From an uncultured Spirochaetaceae bacterium (GTDB taxonomy: Bacteria; Spirochaetota; Spirochaetia; Treponematales; Treponemataceae), in the NCBI GenBank assembly GCA_902785455.1, contig CACZYY010000008.1, positions 851 to 64,850 on the forward strand: a stretch of 64,000 nucleotides of DNA. Direction: 5' to 3'. Made by a program: the position numbers and the translations under genes. The notes beneath the pieces were generated by a model. It was not told the DNA's origin, ran no database searches, and saw only the letters and a list, made by a program, of their open reading frames with translations. The stretch's first letter is position 1; every line of letters starts with the position of its first letter. Shown here piece by piece: positions 63,657 to 64,000 of the stretch.

Positions 63657-63999
63657 TAATCGCCGTTTTGAGTCCAGAGCGGCGTTTTGTTTTTGAAGAA
63701 ATCGCTTCTGATAGGCGTCGCTGTTTTTACATCATAAAAATCCCCGTCTGGTGCAGGTGTTAATTCTACATACGCAATAGACATTTGTTTATCAGTTTTG
63801 CAAATTATTAAAGACTTACCATTGTTATAAATACTATCAAAATCCATGCAGACATATTCTACAAAATCTCTTGCGTTTTCAAATCCGACATTTTTTAAGT
63901 CTGTAAGGCGTTTTTCTCGTTCAATATGCGCCGTTCCAAAGTTTCCTTTGTGTCCTTTAATTTCAATCCCTCGACGAAGCCGAATTTTCCCTGCTTGCC
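63656..63999 (-). CDS. PBECR-like (barnase/EndoU/colicin/RelE fold) nuclease domain protein, 5'-truncated by window edge
   Basis: Frame is open to the window end: GKIRLRRG...NFGTAHIER...FYDVKTA. Confidence 0.55.
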   Translation of the reverse strand, partial: QAGKIRLRRGIEIKGHKGNFGTAHIEREKRLTDLKNVGFENARDFVEYVCMDFDSIYNNGKSLIICKTDKQMSIAYVELTPAPDGDFYDVKTATPIRSDFFKNKTPLWTQNGD

Positions 64000-64000
64000 T

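Noticed and set aside
1-64000. CRISPR array, tRNA or rRNA
   Set aside because: No regularly spaced repeat-spacer series, no cloverleaf with T-loop/D-loop consensus and no rRNA-like segment. The repeats are dispersed and palindromic.
60265-64000. Prophage suggested by the XRE repressor and PBECR-like gene
   Set aside because: No integrase, structural or replication genes inside the window. It cannot be excluded beyond the right edge.

Overview
Chromosomal window from an anaerobic spirochaete, most likely a rumen/gut Treponema (inferred from spirochaete-type lipoproteins, XPB helicase and partner, pectin enzymes and many c-di-GMP proteins). It carries housekeeping genes (cysK, Rrf2/CymR, rlmB, gdhA, ptsI, der, purF, aspS, apbE, PGM/PMM), two pectin-active lipoproteins with a LacI-sensor/AraC regulator, six GGDEF/EAL/HD-GYP proteins, and an accessory 3' end (XRE, lipoprotein, DUF3791-DUF3990 trio, PBECR-like nuclease). 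I saw no rRNA, tRNA, CRISPR array or transposase. Many intergenic gaps hold short structured repeats from at least six families. The most striking is a 108-bp four-hairpin element without terminal inverted repeats that occurs twice, each time flanked by an 8-bp duplication of a Shine-Dalgarno sequence directly upstream of an unrelated gene. Other highlights: an ISAs1-type MITE with perfect 50-bp TIRs and a 10-bp TSD; a three-gene signalling operon of one intact HD-GYP plus two pseudo-enzymes; a promoter-driven putative sRNA converging on the PBECR-like gene; a PurF lacking the catalytic Cys1; and many apparently leaderless genes. Domain assignments come from motif recognition by eye, not database searches.
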